IMG/VR virus record: IMGVR_UViG_3300027969_000042
Location: 96,001-160,000 of that record
Strand: one strand, 5' to 3'
Length of the DNA: 64,000 nucleotides
DNA from: a virus
Below, one piece after another: positions 62,930 to 64,000 of this stretch. Position 1 is the stretch's first letter, and every line of letters starts with the position of its first letter. A program made the position numbers and the translations under genes. Below the pieces are notes generated by a model that was given only the letters and a program-made list of their open reading frames with translations, did no database searches and had not been told where the DNA came from.

Positions 62930-64000
62930 TTAGTTAAGTAATCCTAGTGAATCAGAAACTTGGATAGTCATGAACTGTTTTTGTGGGTACCAACCAACTT
63001 CAGTTACTGCATATCTTGATCTAAGTAACATTCTTGGTGCGAATGTAGCCTCAGAGATGATGCTAATTGACTGAGCCATTAAGTAAGGTACGAAAATAAT
63101 ACCTGGTTGATCAGGATTATTTTTTCTTCCTAAAACGATTCTGTTATCGTTATATCTCATGTATGGATCAACATAGATAGAGATGTCTCCGATTGAACCT
63201 ACTGGGTACAATTGACCTTGAGAGTTCATTTTAGATTTTAATGGATTGATAGTATAACCTGCAATATCTTGTAATGCTGCAGCAAGACCCCCGTTTGTGA
63301 TTAAGTATTGAGCTGGCCCAACACGTCCTTCTGTTGCGATGTAGTTAGAAGCATGAGCAATTTTCGTGATCAATTTTCTTTGTACAGCGTGAGTAGTCTC
63401 ACCACCAACAGTATTTGCACTTCCTGCATATTTAGTATCTAAGTCAAAGATTGTTTGACCAGAAATAGCAGATGAGAAAGTAGTTCCAGCTGCAGGAGCA
63501 GATTGTCTATTTAAAGCACCCATTTCAAAGATTTTGTTAACAATTTGTTTAGAAATTGTTTGAGACAATTCATTAACAAGGATTGATTCCATTTTTTGAA
63601 CGATATCCATACCTGTGTTAGCTTTAATGTCCTCAATTTCAGTTCTTCTAAGTGCAGAAGATACTTCAATAGTACCAACAGCAACTGTTTTAGAAGAGAT
63701 TTTTGGTCCGATAACACCAGCATAACTATCATCATCTGTTTGTCTATCCATTGGATAAGCACCAGCTGCTGATGAAGTTGGTCCATACCAGTTTGCAGAG
63801 AAACCAGGAATGTGATCTTCTAAAGCAGAAACTAAAGAGATTGCCTTAGTTCCTGAAACTGTTGCACCAGCAAGATTACTGATAGTCTCAGTCATTGCTT
63901 GAGTTGCTCCAAATGTATTTTTTTGAACATCAAAAGCCCATGCATTTGTGTTTTGAACACCAGCGTTAATACCTGCAGCAGTATTATTTTGTCTATATGC
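62930..64000 (-). CDS. T4 gp23-family major capsid (or vertex) protein, 5' end beyond the window
   Basis: EIEDIKA..GMD...MESILVNE...I.KQI, IYVDPY, GIIFVPY and F.PRMLLRSRYA. Frame checked open from 63895 to 64000. Confidence 0.85.
   Translation of the reverse strand, partial: AYRQNNTAAGINAGVQNTNAWAFDVQKNTFGATQAMTETISNLAGATVSGTKAISLVSALEDHIPGFSANWYGPTSSAAGAYPMDRQTDDDSYAGVIGPKISSKTVAVGTIEVSSALRRTEIEDIKANTGMDIVQKMESILVNELSQTISKQIVNKIFEMGALNRQSAPAAGTTFSSAISGQTIFDLDTKYAGSANTVGGETTHAVQRKLITKIAHASNYIATEGRVGPAQYLITNGGLAAALQDIAGYTINPLKSKMNSQGQLYPVGSIGDISIYVDPYMRYNDNRIVLGRKNNPDQPGIIFVPYLMAQSISIISEATFAPRMLLRSRYAVTEVGWYPQKQFMTIQVSDSLGLLN

Overview
This is a 64-kb, very AT-rich segment of a large T4-like (myovirus-type) jumbo phage genome. 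The host is most likely Bacteroidota, based on TAnnTTTG promoters, no Shine-Dalgarno motifs, a Flavobacterium-style lipoprotein and DUF6576-like motifs. It carries a baseplate/tail cluster (gp53-like, gp5-like spike, hub, several peptidoglycan hydrolases), replication genes (UvsW helicase, primase, probable clamp, UvsY-like, the C-terminal subunit of a split family-B polymerase), a tail-fibre operon, part of a gp23-family capsid gene, two free-standing homing endonucleases, Dam and NADAR. It also holds a set of translation/proteostasis genes (tmRNA, IF3, NFACT-R, ClpP, FKBP, aminopeptidases). Main observations: (1) The PolB motif-B YG dipeptide is interrupted by a 39-nt GC-rich hairpin insert containing an in-frame UAG. 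Removing it exactly restores a gap-free T4 gp43-like alignment, and a divergent HNH endonuclease lies next door. (2) About 20 unrelated proteins share an N-terminal peptide resembling the T4 capsid-targeting sequence, suggesting a large injected-protein cargo. (3) A TTTAATATATA motif occurs exactly at least 19 times before start codons, with bimodal spacing that suggests many leaderless transcripts. (4) The tmRNA has a 29-aa internally duplicated tag and a GGCAGUA T-loop. All family calls come from motif recognition by eye; no searches were run.
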